A stretch of DNA of 64,000 nt from Ascidiella aspersa. Taxonomy: Eukaryota. The notes under the pieces are model-generated. The model searched no databases, was not told the DNA's origin, and saw nothing but the letters and a program-made list of their open reading frames with translations. The DNA lies in contig OZ004608.1 of NCBI GenBank assembly GCA_963924565.1, positions 28,582,001-28,646,000 of the forward strand. The letters are read 5' to 3'. Every line of letters starts with the position of its first letter. Position 1 is the stretch's first letter. Positions 1 through 13,774 of the stretch are shown one piece after another. The position numbers and the translations under genes are program-made.

Positions 1-545
1 TCAGCATATTTGTTTCTTCATTTAGTATAAAATTGTTTTACTTCGTAATACTTTTGCTAAACCATTTATTTACAGACCTCAGTGATACACCGTATTCCAA
101 AATCATTTCTTTATAAAGCATTTATTAAAAATAAATCTAAGCACTGTAACACCAATTTTGTTTTTCGAAAGCTCAAAAAATAATCCTTCTATAAAAAAAA
201 AAATAAATAAAAAAAAAATAAATAAACTACTATTATTTGTAATATACCATGGTAATAAAACTGTTTTTAAATCTATATCGCTTTGTCGTTATCAATTTTC
301 GTTTTACGCTCTGTACATATAAGGCAGGAAATCCAATAGCGCTTCACAAAACGTCATGGCGTTTTGATAAATTCTCAATGGTATCCATTGGCGAACGTCT
401 TAGTCAATAACCTGGAATTCCTCGAAAACCGTGCAGAATTTTAGTTGATCGGCTTTTTAATGTCCAGGTGGATTGAGGTTGTTTTTTCGTCAAACGATTC
501 GTTCACGTTGCAGATTGAAGTCTCTAGGGAACTTTGCGTATAGGC

Positions 546-828
546 CAGGGGTGTCCAACTCAAACTTGCCGACGTGCCAATTTTTATCTTATAACTTCTT
601 CCCGTGCCACAGTTTGGCAACTATATTTTTTCTAATATTAAAAGAGCTTTTCTACAAAAAATAAAAACAGTATAATGTCATAATATCAGAAGGAATTGTT
701 TGTTGTCGTAATTGCTGGGATTGTTTTGTATTGTGACTAAACAATGACAAATGGCTAAATAACAAATTTAGTATTTCTAGGGGGCTTGTGTGCCATTTTT
801 TATTATGTCCTCGTGTTGGATACCCCTG
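546..828. mobile_element. hAT-like MITE
   Basis: TIRs CAGGGGTGTCCAAC / GTTGGATACCCCTG; 8-bp TSD GTATAGGC/ATATAGGC (7/8). Confidence 0.75.
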
Positions 829-2899
829 ATATAGGCCTAATATATCAAAGGGAAATCACTGGATTTGCCTTAGGTCAACCGCGTTCGTTTTAATTACCGA
901 ATATTCGTCGGTTTGTTTTGCAAATCGCGGTTGCATGGGCGGTACTGATCTTCTATCCCGAGATATTCTTTGTTTTATCAGTACATATCGATACACCTGT
1001 CCTGCTAAGCCTATACGGAGAAACGAAGGCACGTTATGTGTGCTTGTGTTGCGCGATCCGGGCAACGTTTATTGCAACAATAAACAAATATCTCGGACAA
1101 CGTTTTTTGAACAAGATCAGACAAGTTGAACGTGCGACCCGACGATGAATGGTTTACTTTCGCTTTTGTGTCAATCGTTTTTAACTGACGACCTTCGCCA
1201 CACTACAAATAGTTTATGTGACGCACATATTTGTTAAGTATATATAGTTATTTTCCTGCAGTTATTTTTTTAAATACACTAAATGACGATTTTCGCCACA
1301 CAAAAAAGATAATGAGGCTCTAATATATTTTTTATTTAGTTATTTTCCTCCAATAAAAGAGCAAAAACCTTATTTTTGTTTTGAGTGATTCGATTCATGT
1401 TATCCTCGATATACAAACATGCCAACAAAATATACAAATTTTCTTTATGTTTACTTATTAAAAAAAATAAACTGCAAAGTTAAACTATTTTTGTTATTGG
1501 CCGACAGTCAAGCTTGGCGCAGAAAAAAAGTGAAACAATTTGGAGTCGTTAGCACGCCCAGTTTTTATCGATTGTTCGTAATAACAGGGGATTTAAACCG
1601 CATTGTCACAATCACACGAAAGCACCCGGCGCTACCTACGCTTAAAACCAATGAGATTATGCAAATGACGATCGCCTTGATGTTCTGCTTAGCCCGGCGT
1701 TTATTAAACTCCGGGGAAGCTTCAAAGCCTATTACGGCGGACAAGGAGGCAAGCGAAGCCATCTCTCGGAACTGATGAACTTTCAACCTTGCCAAATCGC
1801 CAGCTCGCTAACCCGGTGGTTCCCCGATTTCGGTCGGGGCGAGTTCTGACGCGTCCAACTCCGACTCAGTGACGTAAGTTGTTTACGTGGCAAGTTGGAG
1901 TCCCGCAATACCTAAGCACGAGATTGCACGCGCGATTCGACTCCACAGGCGACCGGCCCGCGCGGCCCACCGCTGAGTAAACAGTGGCATGCATCAGGCG
2001 GGTAATTACGACTGTTTCTGCGAAAATGCAGCTTCGTCATTCAGGCAAAGGAATGAGCGGAAGCTAGACCCGATGTAAGCTCGTTGGCAGTTATAATCTC
2101 CAGAAACTGAGCGTTCTCAATTCAGGCGAGGTGACACTTTTTGATAAATGCTCGGTATAGGATAATCTCTGCCGTTTACCAATTGTTTACATATTTTTGT
2201 AAGGCTTAACTTCCTCACTTGACGTTGTTATAGTAAAAAGCTACTAGCTAGTGTGATTTTTACACTGCAAAATGTTGCCAGTCCAAAAAGAGAAAACATT
2301 TTACCGGGTGTTTAAGCATGTAATATTTTTTAGGAAAAATAACGGAAAAAGTTCAAATGTTGTTATAACAATAAAAGCGCATTGTAACTTGTTTGTACTT
2401 TGGACGAAAAGCAAGTTATTGCCATAAAAAAAAAATTGATTAATTAGCACCCTTTGTAATGTAATCAAATTTCTAAATTTTGGGTATTTATTGTATAATA
2501 TCTTTGTATAGGTATTTATTATATGATATCTTCATAATATCTTTACTCATACTAAGCTATATTTGCTGTGGCAATATTTTTTGAAAAACATGTGGGAAAC
2601 AGATGAAATAGTAGGAATCTGCTGGCAACAAAGAATTTAGTGTAATGAATTTGCTTTATCCTACTGCGTTGTTACTCTTTTTAATTTTCCTGGAAGAAAC
2701 GTTTCTCGTTTTCGATCGGTCTCACGTTTTCTTGTTTATCAGTCAATAGAACACGATTTTTCTCTGTCGATTTGGTGACGAACGGCACGTTTACAACACA
2801 GAAAAACACCACAAACACACAAACACATTTTATAATATATGGAGAGAGCTAAAAGAAAACCGGACGATTTTGTGTCCCTCGTCCGTCAATCTCACCACT

Positions 2900-3362
2900 C
2901 GGGCGCGGATCAAGACATTTTAGGGGGGCATGAAAATTTCATGAGAGAGATGACATCACAAGGTTGCGTCAACACTAGACCTCACAAAGTCACGGAAAAA
3001 CGTGGCGTTACAAAGTTACCATCTAAACGAGACATCGTAAAAAAGTAACCACAATAACACCACTAAGTCCGTTTATTTTGTTAAAGATTTAGGTTGAATT
3101 TACCTTTCAACACGAAAGCCTCATTACAAACAAAGATGTATAAACGCTAACCCTAACCCATATATAAAAAAAGATTCGCACTAAGCAGGGAAAAACAAAA
3201 CAAAAAAACGCATTTATATGGTTTCAAGTAGAAAAAAAAGTTTTATTTTCGAGGGAGCGATAAGTCGCACAAATTTTTTTGCATTTACGTATATAATTAA
3301 AAAGGCACAAAATGCTGTTTCAGGCGTACATGGCCATGTGTGCCCTCCTGGATCCGCCCCTG
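2900..3362. mobile_element. Degenerate MITE with GGGGCGGATCC-type termini (PIF/Harbinger-like)
   Basis: Left GGGCGCGGATCAAG, right CCTGGATCCGCCCCTG. A similar terminal motif occurs at ~33038-33190 and ~58221-58372. Confidence 0.4.
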
Positions 3363-4037
3363 CTACCACTATTTAGATGAGAAGAACAAAACGAACGTGA
3401 GAGGAAAAATCACGCGCTTTCTATATGTATATATGGCGAAACCGCTGTATCGCGAACGTCGTCGTATGACCAAGGGCGCTTGCACCAGCGAGCCAGCCCG
3501 AGCTGGCCGTACCAGTGTCGCTGCCAAGCGCAACCTTTCGATTTCCCAAGAATCCGAGGCTGGGGGCGCCAAATTCCGGGAAAAATCGGCGCAAGAAAGC
3601 GCCCGCGTCGAATCCAAGGGCGACCGGGTCGGCAGGCAAAGCTGCTTAAGTCGCGGCCGCTGCGGCTTTCGCTGTGTCGGCGGCATCATAATGCAAGCTA
3701 GGTCGGCTCTGCTTTTTTGCAAGGACGCCTCTGCGCTTTGTGTGTGTTTTTTCGCATTGAACAAGTTGAAGACGAATAAAAGAGAATTAAAGGCGAAAAA
3801 CGCGTGTACACAAATGTCAGGCAAAATGGGATGCAAATGTAAACAATTGCAAACAAAATATGCAAACTAACTAACACTTGAGACATAAAACAATATGCTG
3901 CAAATCAAGGTTGACGAATCCATTTGCGAATTTCCCACTTCAGACCACCTCTGTTAACCCGACAGGATATGCGAGAGGCGGCCTGTTATGGGAATCTGGC
4001 AGAGGGGCAGAACTTTTGCTTCATCGGGTTCCATAGG

Positions 4038-4491
4038 CAGACTTGGACAACTATATATTTCTAGTTTTATAATTCAATAAATTAGAGCAAAATGCGACTA
4101 ATTCTAGTTCAAATCTAATTTGTGAATTTGATTTTACCAAAATGGTACTTTGTCCAACGGCATTTTTAGTCTCTTAGTGAATTGAAATTAAAACTTTTTG
4201 GTTGGAGCGTAATTTGCACAGTCTGAAATGCATATGCTTTGCTAAAAGGCATCAAAATTAGCACACATATATTTACCATTTACACTCTTTTTAAAATACT
4301 TATCGATTTAAATGAATTGTGAATAATCACGTGTAATTCTAGTTCAAATTTGTTTTTTTAAGAATATCGTAATTCGAAAACTGAAAATGATATAATTCTA
4401 ATTCAAATCTAATTTGAGAAAACTCAAAATGATCTAATTCTAATTGTAATCTAATTTAAAAATCTAAAATAAATCTATTTGCCCAAATCTG
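4038..4491. mobile_element. hAT-like MITE with internal AATTCTAGTTCAAATCT repeats
   Basis: TIRs CAGACTTGGACAACTA / TATTTGCCCAAATCTG; perfect 8-bp TSD TCCATAGG. Confidence 0.8.
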
Positions 4492-4774
4492 TCCATAGGT
4501 GTGCTACGTCACACCTTTCACCTCTGCTTTTCCACGTAGCCGCGCCCTTGCAAAAATGGAAACCCGGCCAATGGTGTGCTGGTATGAGAACCGCGCTCTT
4601 GCAGGCTGCTTTACAAGCTCAGCAAAAGGGGAAGTGATCGCGCAACGTGATTTAGTGCGATTTTTCATGAGATTTCAGACCTTTGTAGGAAATTGTTTCA
4701 ATTTATTCGAAACACCTTCCTATGGTTACACCCCATAATATTTTTACTTTTAACGTGAACATGCCCGTGTAAAT

Positions 4775-4993
4775 CAGTGGTTCTCAACCGGGGTGTCGTT
4801 TGTAATGCCCAAGGTTGACGAGAGATAATCCAATTAAAGCTTCCTACGTTGTGTAGAGTTGATGTGTGTTGCTAAAGTTCCGTTTATTGTGACATTCCAG
4901 TGATTTTTACCTACGGAAAAAAATCTTGTAGTGGTGCCGCAATCTATATACTTATTATTTCTGAGGCAAGCCATAAAAGGTTGAGAACCACTG
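4775..4993. mobile_element. hAT (Charlie-like) MITE
   Basis: Perfect TIR CAGTGGTTCTCAACC / GGTTGAGAACCACTG; TSD GTGTAAAT/GTGTAAAG. Confidence 0.85.
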
Positions 4994-6012
4994 GTGTAAA
5001 GGTTAGTTCTAATCGCTCATTTGTTTGAACCTGATTAACCGATGTTCTACACGATCTGCATTATTTTTAAATGGAATGTTTTTTGTAAACAATTGTTCTT
5101 GAATCATCAAACGCCCGAAGATGCAGTAGTCTTGCGGCGAACAGTCAATGGCGTGTAACAACATTAGCTCTAATGGATATCTGAACAACAAAAAACTTGA
5201 ACATTAACTGCATTGCACGTGTCTGTCTATGCTAAACGAAAGTCACCTCGGTCAGTGCCAAGATTGTTTCTTTCAACGAGTAGTTAGAAGAGGTTTTCTC
5301 GAAGTTTGACATGAATGCACAGTCATTTGGCTAATTGCTTATGTTGTTTCCCTGCTTGATTTTTAAATATGAAGCACAATGAGAAAATCACATAACAGCT
5401 CATCAATATCGGCACCATAAAGTTTGAAGTTTCAAGGCCAAAAATCTTGACCCTGGTGGAAACAGTTAACTTTCCCGTTTTAATTGCCAAAAAAATCATC
5501 ATATACAAACTAATGTACGTTCTATCTAGTATTTTGATGTGGAACATCACAGAACAAACATTTACTTCAGTGCCACACAAAAAAAGTGCTTAGAAAAAAG
5601 TACTGTTTCAAGTCAACCTTGTTGGCAAAGCATACGCAATTTGGCACAATCATGTATAAATTGACCAGGAGACAAAAAAAATTATTGTGTTTAAGCACTA
5701 TTGTCAGTGGTTTCTTATAATGACACTGTTAGTTTTGCATATTGCTCACTTTTTAAACAAGCATTTGTTGTGTTTCCAAAATAGGATTGAGAAAACGGCA
5801 ATCTATAGAGTTTTTGAGGGACAATGTTTTGAAAACTTGGTTTGAAATGAGAATGTACATCATTTATCACAATATTATCAAGACATATTAACAAACCATA
5901 TATAGATTTGTTTTAGTTAGATAGCTTATAAAACCTATGAGATATGGACAGATGAAACTCGCGTCAGAGAAACGCACAGACTCAAAAGCCTATTACCTTT
6001 CCCGGCGTGGCT

Positions 6013-6029
6013 GTCACGCATGACGTAAT
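6013..6029 (+). promoter_or_regulatory. Candidate Pax paired-domain site overlapping a CRE/bZIP-like site
   Basis: GTCACGCATGAC matches the Pax2/5/8-type consensus and overlaps ATGACGTAAT, in a GC-rich island. Motif match only. Confidence 0.3.
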
Positions 6030-6689
6030 GCCTCTTAGATGCCACACACAAAGCCGGCGTAATATACAGGGATATATATACACCGGGCGAGAAAGAGAGC
6101 CGCCACTTATGCGCCCGGCGTATCGGCGGTCGCAATAAACCCAAGCGACACGCTCACACACACTCGACAGCCCGCGACGCGTCATTCCCCCCTTAGTCCT
6201 CACCCATCTCCCCCAGAAGCCTCACAAAGGGCCCCCGCGTAAATTACGGGCGCAAATTACCTGGCGTCAAGCGCACGTTGCGTGCCGGGTCGCGGCCCAC
6301 GCCGGAAAAGGCTTCACGCTGCCGTTCCGCAACCCCCGTTGCCGCAGCAGCTTGCCGCGCGATCTCATGCTGGCGTGTTGAATGTGAAGCCTGGCTTGTG
6401 GTCGGCCTCCGTCACCTGCTGAAAGCCGACCGTCAAAACTTGCCACAGCCGGATGAACCTCTAAACCCGCCATTGGATCTTTGGGGGAAGGCTCTCGCGG
6501 CGACGTATATACGAAACCACAAAAATTCCCGCGCCCGTTCGCCCGTTTGCGAAGCGTTGCGCTTTGGGAAGAAACGTGTGAGCGCTTTGCCAACCTGGCA
6601 TGCAATCTTTACAAAAACGCAGACGTCTCGTCTGCATCTGGGCGTGCAGTTAATTTTTGCAGATATCCAAGTCACGGTGTTTTAAAAAA

Positions 6690-7101
6690 CAGTGCTGTAC
6701 ACAAGTCATTTTGAAAGGACCCAAGTCTCAAGTTATTTGCGAAATATAGCCGGTTATTTTGCGAAAAACAAGTTCCAGTCTAAGTCCTTTCATAACAAGT
6801 GAAGGCATTAACGTTAAAACAAAATGTTAAATTTGTAAAATTGGTAACTTTGCCGATCCTAAGAAATATATTATTTAGCACCCAAATAAGCGTACCAATA
6901 TAGAGCAAACTCTTTTCCAGGAAGACGTTTTGGTATAATAAGCAAATTTCACCCAAAATTATTCATTTCTTCGATAAACTCAAGTTAATCAAGTCATTTT
7001 GGCCAAAAGAGTTAGGTGACATCAATTCATTTAAAAACAGTGGCCTAATTGTACTTATGTCAAGTCAAGTCAGTGACTTGAGCCATTAGGCTACAACACT
7101 G
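6690..7101 (+). mobile_element. MITE family with CAGTGTTGTA termini and AAGTC repeats (diverged copy)
   Basis: CAGTGCTGTAC...TACAACACTG; homologous to 14500-14880 and 20531-20924; no clear TSD. Confidence 0.7.
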
Positions 7102-9881
7102 CTCGGGCTACATGTGGGCAGTAACATTATTATTATTTGTCCTCGGAACATTATTTTTGATTCTCGTACCATAAGGGGGTTTAACGAGGGACAAGCGATC
7201 AGTGAACAGAAAATGTGTCTAAACTCTTAGTGTATAGTTTTAATTTTGCACGACAAACTTGTAAAATAAACTATCATAAGATTGCAAATGGTCATGAAAC
7301 CTGTTTTGTATAAATCGCTAACAAAACTGAAATATTATGGTGGCCCCAAATGCATTATTCCACTTTTTTTTCTTGATTTCTGGTTTTCGCAGTTCTTTGG
7401 AGAAACTAATTTCATATCGGGCCGCCCACGTATATAATACTAAGCTACAGCTGCTAATATTACTTATAGTCGTTAATGGTTTACCGGAAAGGCATAGAAA
7501 TGCGGAGTAACACCTCGCTACACAGCGCGGAACTTAAACTCTAAATAGAGATGAGAAAGTTTCCGACAACCGAAAATTACGGAGCCCACTCAATGGCCCA
7601 CAGATTTGTCGATTGACGTCAAAAATCGGAAATTGGATATTTCGTGAGCTATAGGCGCCTGTAAAGCGAACAGCACTTATACTGTTTAATAAATATGCTA
7701 TGGCATAAACATACCGCGCTTAGGTTTGGCTTTAAAACTGTAATCGTACAATTACTAGTAAAACAGTTCCATGCTGTTAATTTACGACAAGAAAATCGAA
7801 ATAACACATTAAGTAGTTTTGACAACGTCATATGGACTTAAGTATCTTTCCGCGTTAATACACATAAAAGACAGTGGGTTCACGTACAAGTGCTTCTGTA
7901 TTCAGACGCATCCATTTATAGATTAAAGGCGTATGCACACTACACAGGATTCACACTATATGCGCCTGGCGTGGGTGGAATGGTGTTTTGGCGGGAGTCG
8001 ATTTGTTGTGCAGTAAATGTCAAGCCAGTTTCTTGCCCCCTTACCGCCCTTAAGCTCACCGGCGTATTTTTTGTCTGTCGGCGGTCATGGTCAACGAGAA
8101 GTCAGGGTCCTGATTGAAATAAACGATCGATCAAACATTCCGTAAGGTTTAAACTCACGCCAAGTGGGGTTGTGCGATTTGGAGCATTCGCCACAGGGCG
8201 AAAAGGCACAAGGTATGCCTACGTCAAAACAACTTAAACGTGTAAATTTTTTGCGGGAAAGCTTCCCGTAGCGAATTAAGCGTTTGAGGTGGGTGGATCC
8301 TTTCAGCGCACGTCGGTATCTTTATTTTAACGCAGCGTGAAAACCGTGGCGCTTGTATTGCGTAAACGGAGGCCCACACCCTATACGGCCCACGCATTTT
8401 TAAAGTTCATTGCGCTTCGTGCGTAACATTCTTGCTGGGTCTCGTATTCGGTTGGCAATCGTCTACTTTAAGTCTTGAGTTGTTTCCCACGAGTATTTTA
8501 ACTAATCTGATAGTGTTGGATTTACCCAACTGATTCGAAAAATGTTGTCTAATCAAATCGTTCCGGTAAATATAGTATTTAGTTTTATTAGAGCGAATTT
8601 TAATCACAACATTTTCTAGAAATATAAATGTAAAAGACTTGTAAAAAATAGAATTTAAGGATTCCCCTGGAGGGTAAAAGGATGTTAATATAGGAGGCCT
8701 AAATAAGGGCGATTTTTTGTAGGCAAGTTTGACCTATTTTACTTTAGAGATTTTATCAGTAAATGAAATTATGTATTTCTTTAATATTTTGCCAGTGATG
8801 TGTCGATCTGATTCTTGTAGCTTTTTTGCCACGAGTGGAAGTAGAATAATTTTTTTTGAAAGTTGACGTCACAAAGTTACGTCATAACGGGTGTTTCAAA
8901 CAAGAAACCTTTGAGTAAACCCGAGTTTATCGTTCGACGTAGTTTACAAATATGCCACCGCATTTTTAGTTTAAATACATTTAGGCAGGCGGCTACATTT
9001 CCTGGGGCTTATAACTCGGCAAAAAGAGAACATTTTTTACCGGTATGGTGTAACTGCAAAACAATTTTTCAGGCCATTTCGGCAACAATTGTTTTTTTAC
9101 CCCTTTTGGGCTGTTTTTTGGCTTACTTTTACCACAGTTTTGTAGGTAAATTTGTATAAATATAATTAGGCCTAATCTGTCATGTTAATAAATTAAATGA
9201 ACAAACTATAAAGTGGACCTCTTCGTGTGCTTAACTTTAATACAGTTCAAACAAAAATAAAATAAGATATTGTGTGAATTGGCCCATTTGCAGTCAAAAG
9301 AGTGAGCAAATTTTGGCTTCCACTTAAGCACGAACGCAGGTTAACTTCAGAAGTCTCCGGAAGAAAGGGTTCAGCAAGTTTTAAAAGACGCGCTGTCCTA
9401 TAACCTTTCGTGCAACGTGGAATGTAAAGGTTAACGGCGTCCCAGTCGGCAAAATGTTTGTCTGGCAATGATAAAATTATGGGTGTTTCCTTTCAGCTGG
9501 AGTCTGCGATGTTTGTCGTAGCCTACGCGCTGGTTTAATCGTCGTACGTCTTGTGTAACTTTTAAGGTGTGTTGAGAAATGACTGTTACAACCCCTACTG
9601 TGCGCAGTACACCTTATTATGCATTCAAAACATTCCTATATTTGTAATTCTATAGTACACCGGGTATAAAGACATAATTATCGACTGGAAATTGCAATCA
9701 CCGTGTACCCAAAAGAAGTGTATTTAAATAGAGCGAACAGTTGAGTGGTTTTTGTTGTTACGCACAATACTAGCGCAAAAACTATGTGTGAATGTATTTT
9801 GCGTAATGCTTGCTGAGCAACTATCTCTACCAGTTTATATTTAGCAGGAAAATATTGCCAAATATAGCGAAACAACAAGGG

Positions 9882-9958
9882 CTATGTTAAAAATAAATAT
9901 AGAGTTATTCGAAACGTTCAAAATGATACCTACTTCTGTATGGGCTTTGATATTCTTA
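9882..9958 (+). repeat. Single-arm copy of the palindromic hammerhead-like repeat at 33815/58997
   Basis: AGAGTTATTCGAAACGTTCAAAATGATACCTACTTCTGTATGGGCTTTGATATTC is nearly identical to the arm at 33903-33957. Confidence 0.8.
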
Positions 9959-10034
9959 AACGCCATAGTTGAAGGAAATACAAATTAGCCAAATAACAAG
10001 TCAAAGCCCAAATCAAATGACGACGAGCGGCCCG

Positions 10035-10051
10035 TGACCTTCGCGTGACCC
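10035..10051 (-). promoter_or_regulatory. Candidate DR5 retinoic-acid response element
   Basis: Minus strand GGGTCA-cgcga-AGGTCA, a perfect RGKTCA-n5-RGKTCA, in a GC-rich island. Confidence 0.4.
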
Positions 10052-10829
10052 CTTACGCGCGGGCTCAGAACGAAGGTCGATGAAGAAGCGTCTCGGCATA
10101 CAAAAAAAAATCGCGCGCGCCACGCACTGACACTCTTCACGTCAAAGCGTTGGAAAACTTTGCTCCAAGCCACGGAGCATTCCCAGCACTCCTACTTCTC
10201 TTTGCCCTAGCCTTTACCTACGTCAATCCAGCAAGCGGCAAGTGACACTTGGCCACCCGGGGCCGGTGACAAATCGCCAATTCACTGTTTGCCCAACTCG
10301 CCGCTGTTTGCCCGGGTCGAGCTCTGGAACGCGATTTAACTTTACCGCCGCCTTTGTTGCGCCCGTAGGGGGACAGGGTGCACTTCGCTCGGGCGCCCGC
10401 CTTGGTGGACGCAATGACGCCAGTGCGTCATTGTGCCTTACGCACACCGCGCGTGCGTGACCAGACGCAAGCGGACGTGCCGTTTCGACGCAATGCGGGA
10501 GTCCCGGCGTATTTTTAGCTCCCGTCCACGCAATACTTCACCCATAATAATGGAGGTCTAAGTTTAGGGCCTTGGTTTGTTTTACGTGCGCTAAGCGGCG
10601 CGGAATTTCGACAAGTGATGAAATTGCAAAAAACTGAAAAATTTCGTCCTGTTGACCCTTGGACGTCAACTCCACTGACGTCGAGTATTTTAGTGCGCTG
10701 TAACACTGGGAGAAATGGATAGTCATTAATTTCATAAGAATGATATATCACCTTGGGATATACGCGGTTTGTATCGCTTTGTGTAATTAAATTACCCTTG
10801 ACAGTAGGGCACTTGGGAGTGCTTTAAAT

Positions 10830-11070
10830 CAGTGGTTGTCAACTTTTTTTGGGTTAAGGGACCGCTTTTGGTGCAATCAAAGGTATGACAGACTCCTTGA
10901 CGTCTTTTATTTAAAATTTATTTTGTCTCCCAACGTAACCTAATGTTTCATATAACAGAGTGATATTTATATGAGTAAAAAAAAGACAGATAATTTAGCA
11001 AATGTTCGAACCTATATCACAAACAAAAGTGAATCATGCTACAAGTTTATAAAAAAATTGAAAACCGATA
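10830..11070. mobile_element. Degenerate hAT-like MITE
   Basis: Left CAGTGGTTGTCAAC, decayed right end ATTGAAAACCGATA, perfect 8-bp TSD CTTTAAAT. Confidence 0.6.
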
Positions 11071-11894
11071 CTTTAAATGGTGGAATCAACTAGGGATTTA
11101 AATCATAGGGCCGTGCAAACCTCAATGCTCTTTTGTCTGTTTGTCGATCGAGCAAAGGGTATTTTATTGGCCAAGACTTTTCGTCTTTGTGCGAAAAAAG
11201 CCTCGCCACCTGTTGCGATGGAAACGATGCAGCGCTTTGAAGCTTTACCCACAGATGTGGGATGATGTGTCGACTTTGACCCGGCGCCAAATCTATCGCT
11301 TGCATTTATGGGTTGGCCAGCCGTCAAGTTCAATTGTTGCCGGCGCGATAGCGCGCTGCGGTCAAAGTCGAGCACCCCCAAAGAGCGGCGTCGCGATTTT
11401 ATCTCAATTGTTTCGAACGAAAAGGCCACGGAAAATCCGCTAAGGAACCCCCTTCTTTGACTTCGAATAGGCGCACCTTTGTTTGGCGCGTTTAAAGTCA
11501 ACAGCAACGCTTCCTGCCTCGGTCTCTTGCCTGGTCACGAAACGGCGTGCGGCATTTTTGCGGCGATGGACTTGGCACTTTTACGGCGCGTGAAAAGCGC
11601 GAACCAACCCCTTCTCCTAACCCGTTGGAATTCGGGCCGGAGACCCTTCAGCGTCACCCCTAGGGTTGGGCGCTTGGCGGTGACCCCAGGTCAAATAACA
11701 GCGACGGCGGCGGCGACGTCGAACCGCCCACGCAATGAGCCTATAGCGGATAAGTTTACGACCTTTGACGCAACGTGTTTTATCCGTTGGTCGCTACAAA
11801 CAGGCGGCCCTGTACAAAGTGCAGGTTATACTAGCGCCGGTGATCAGCTCAAGAATAAGGAGAATAAGCGCTACGCGACGCGCCGATCACTTGT

Positions 11895-11985
11895 GTAGAG
11901 GCGGCGGTGGTCGAGCGTTGCGTTCTATTTGCGGAAGGGGTATATAAGAACGCACTCACACGCAGCCGTGCCCCAATTCCAAAGT
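11895..11985 (+). promoter_or_regulatory. Candidate TATA core promoter at the end of a GC-rich island
   Basis: GAGGCGG and GCGGAAG upstream, TATATAAG at 11941-11948, Inr-like CCAATT ~30 nt downstream; no downstream ORF recognised. Confidence 0.3.
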
Positions 11986-13774
11986 GAAAGGTGTGCGTCG
12001 TTGCCTGGCTGCCAACTTGTGGACCCTGGTAATCTCTTGCTAAACCATATTCTCTTAGAAATGAGCTGTTGTTTGCACATGTCTGTTTCATTTGTGTTCA
12101 GGTTGGCATAAATAAAATGCTGTTGTGTGTTTGGTGGTGGCGAAAACAATTTTTTCACTTGTTTGGTATTTAAAATGCCACAGCACACAAGCAAATTTTA
12201 GGTTAAAACTAGAAAATTTAAAATCCTGGAACACCTATAATAATACAATGCATTGAACGCCTAAGTGATAAAAAGTGTTGAAAGCATTTTTCCATCACGC
12301 GAGAATGGCCATCCTTTGCGAACCAACCAGCCGTATAAAAGCCTTTTTCGTCCATAAAGCAAGCGTCAAGTTTTACGTCACACTAAACTCACAGAATCAC
12401 GCAGAGAGAGCGTGTCAAAAACCGCAACCTGTCATTGCTTTCCACTTCCGGGCCAATCTGGGCTTATTTATGCCAATAAACCCCTTAAACCTGCTGACGA
12501 CGTCAGAACGCCTATAAACGACGCTTGCGTCTCTTTCCCAACTTCCTTTTGCGATGTGTACTCTTCTCGTTAAGGCATGGGTTCGAAACCGTAATCTTTT
12601 TTAGGGGCCGAGGTCTTTCAAACTTCAGCTTTGAACTGTTGCGGCTCTTTACCCACGCATTACGCACGACAGGCTGCTTTCATGGGCAGTAGGACGTGAT
12701 AAGAGTTTTGAGAATGTGTGTTAACCTATATAGCGCAGTTTGATGCAATGTCTAAACTGAGGCTGCGCATAGCAATAAATTTTGACAAACTTACGGGCAG
12801 TAATACTATTATCTGTTACTAAGATTTACTGGTGTTCGTTTTAATTTATCTATATTATATTTTTTCATTTTAATATGGAAATAAAAAACGGTGTTTTTTT
12901 TCTTGAGAGCACTGAATTTTAAATGTGGTCACAGAATTTTAAAGCGAGTTTTGATACAGATTACGAATTTGGCCAATTCAATTCAAAGTTAAATGTAAAA
13001 AGTATACCGTTTTAAGATGGTTGGGTAAGTTATGCTTCAAACCGACTGCTTTCCTGTAGTCAAAATCACACGAAACAGTTCGAGCGACGGTAAACGCACG
13101 TCGCTTTTAAATCCACAAATTAAATCCACAAAACGGGCCTTTCGAGGGTAAGACGGATGTTGTCTATGTTGTAACCTTACAATTTTAAAATTATTTACAA
13201 AAGATGTAACAAATATTTGAAGCAAAAATGTATGCTCTGCTTAAGAATGGACCAAAAGTACTTTACACATAAATACATATAATGATTAGGTTGAATATTT
13301 TTTGACTTGTCAAAAAAGTCAAAATTTTGTCATAATTTACACGTTAGATCAAAATTTGTGAAAAAATGACCGTAGTTTGTGAGCGCTGCCGGGCGACTGC
13401 GTCGATTTTATTTGCTTTAAAAGTCGGATACATATGATTCGATTATATCGCTTTATAGCGCTGCATTTGCGCGACGACTATGGGCGTGCTCTTATTTTCC
13501 CACCGCCATAAACCCCAGCTCCGGTCCGCTTCCACGTGGTTCCCGGGTAGGGGAGAGAGGGTCGGCGGCGCTGGCACAAAAGCGACGCTAACGTCGCGTG
13601 TCGCGATCGCGCCGCGGCCACGTTGCGCCGCCGCAATTAAGTGAGCTAACGAGCGGCTTATTAGCGCCCGGTATGAATTCTAATGCGGGCGCATTAAAAC
13701 ACCGCAAAGGTTCGCGATTTCGCGCCGCTGTTGTTCGCTGGTCGACGCGCGCTGGTTTATTGTAGCGCGCAGGA

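Noticed and set aside
3340-3886. Overlapping 155-176 aa ORFs on both strands
   Set aside because: No recognisable domain or splice-consistent partner exons; expected in a GC-rich island.
9387-9441. miR-1/206-like TGGAATGTAAAG at 9418 in a weak hairpin
   Set aside because: Only 12 nt match, the 3' half differs, and the seed would lie in the poorly paired loop region rather than in a pre-miRNA stem.
11077-11947. 100-139 aa ORFs
   Set aside because: Open in several frames and on both strands, several with non-ATG starts, and no homology recognised.
12575-12595. B-box-like GGTTCGAAACC (tRNA/SINE)
   Set aside because: No A-box, cloverleaf or second copy found.
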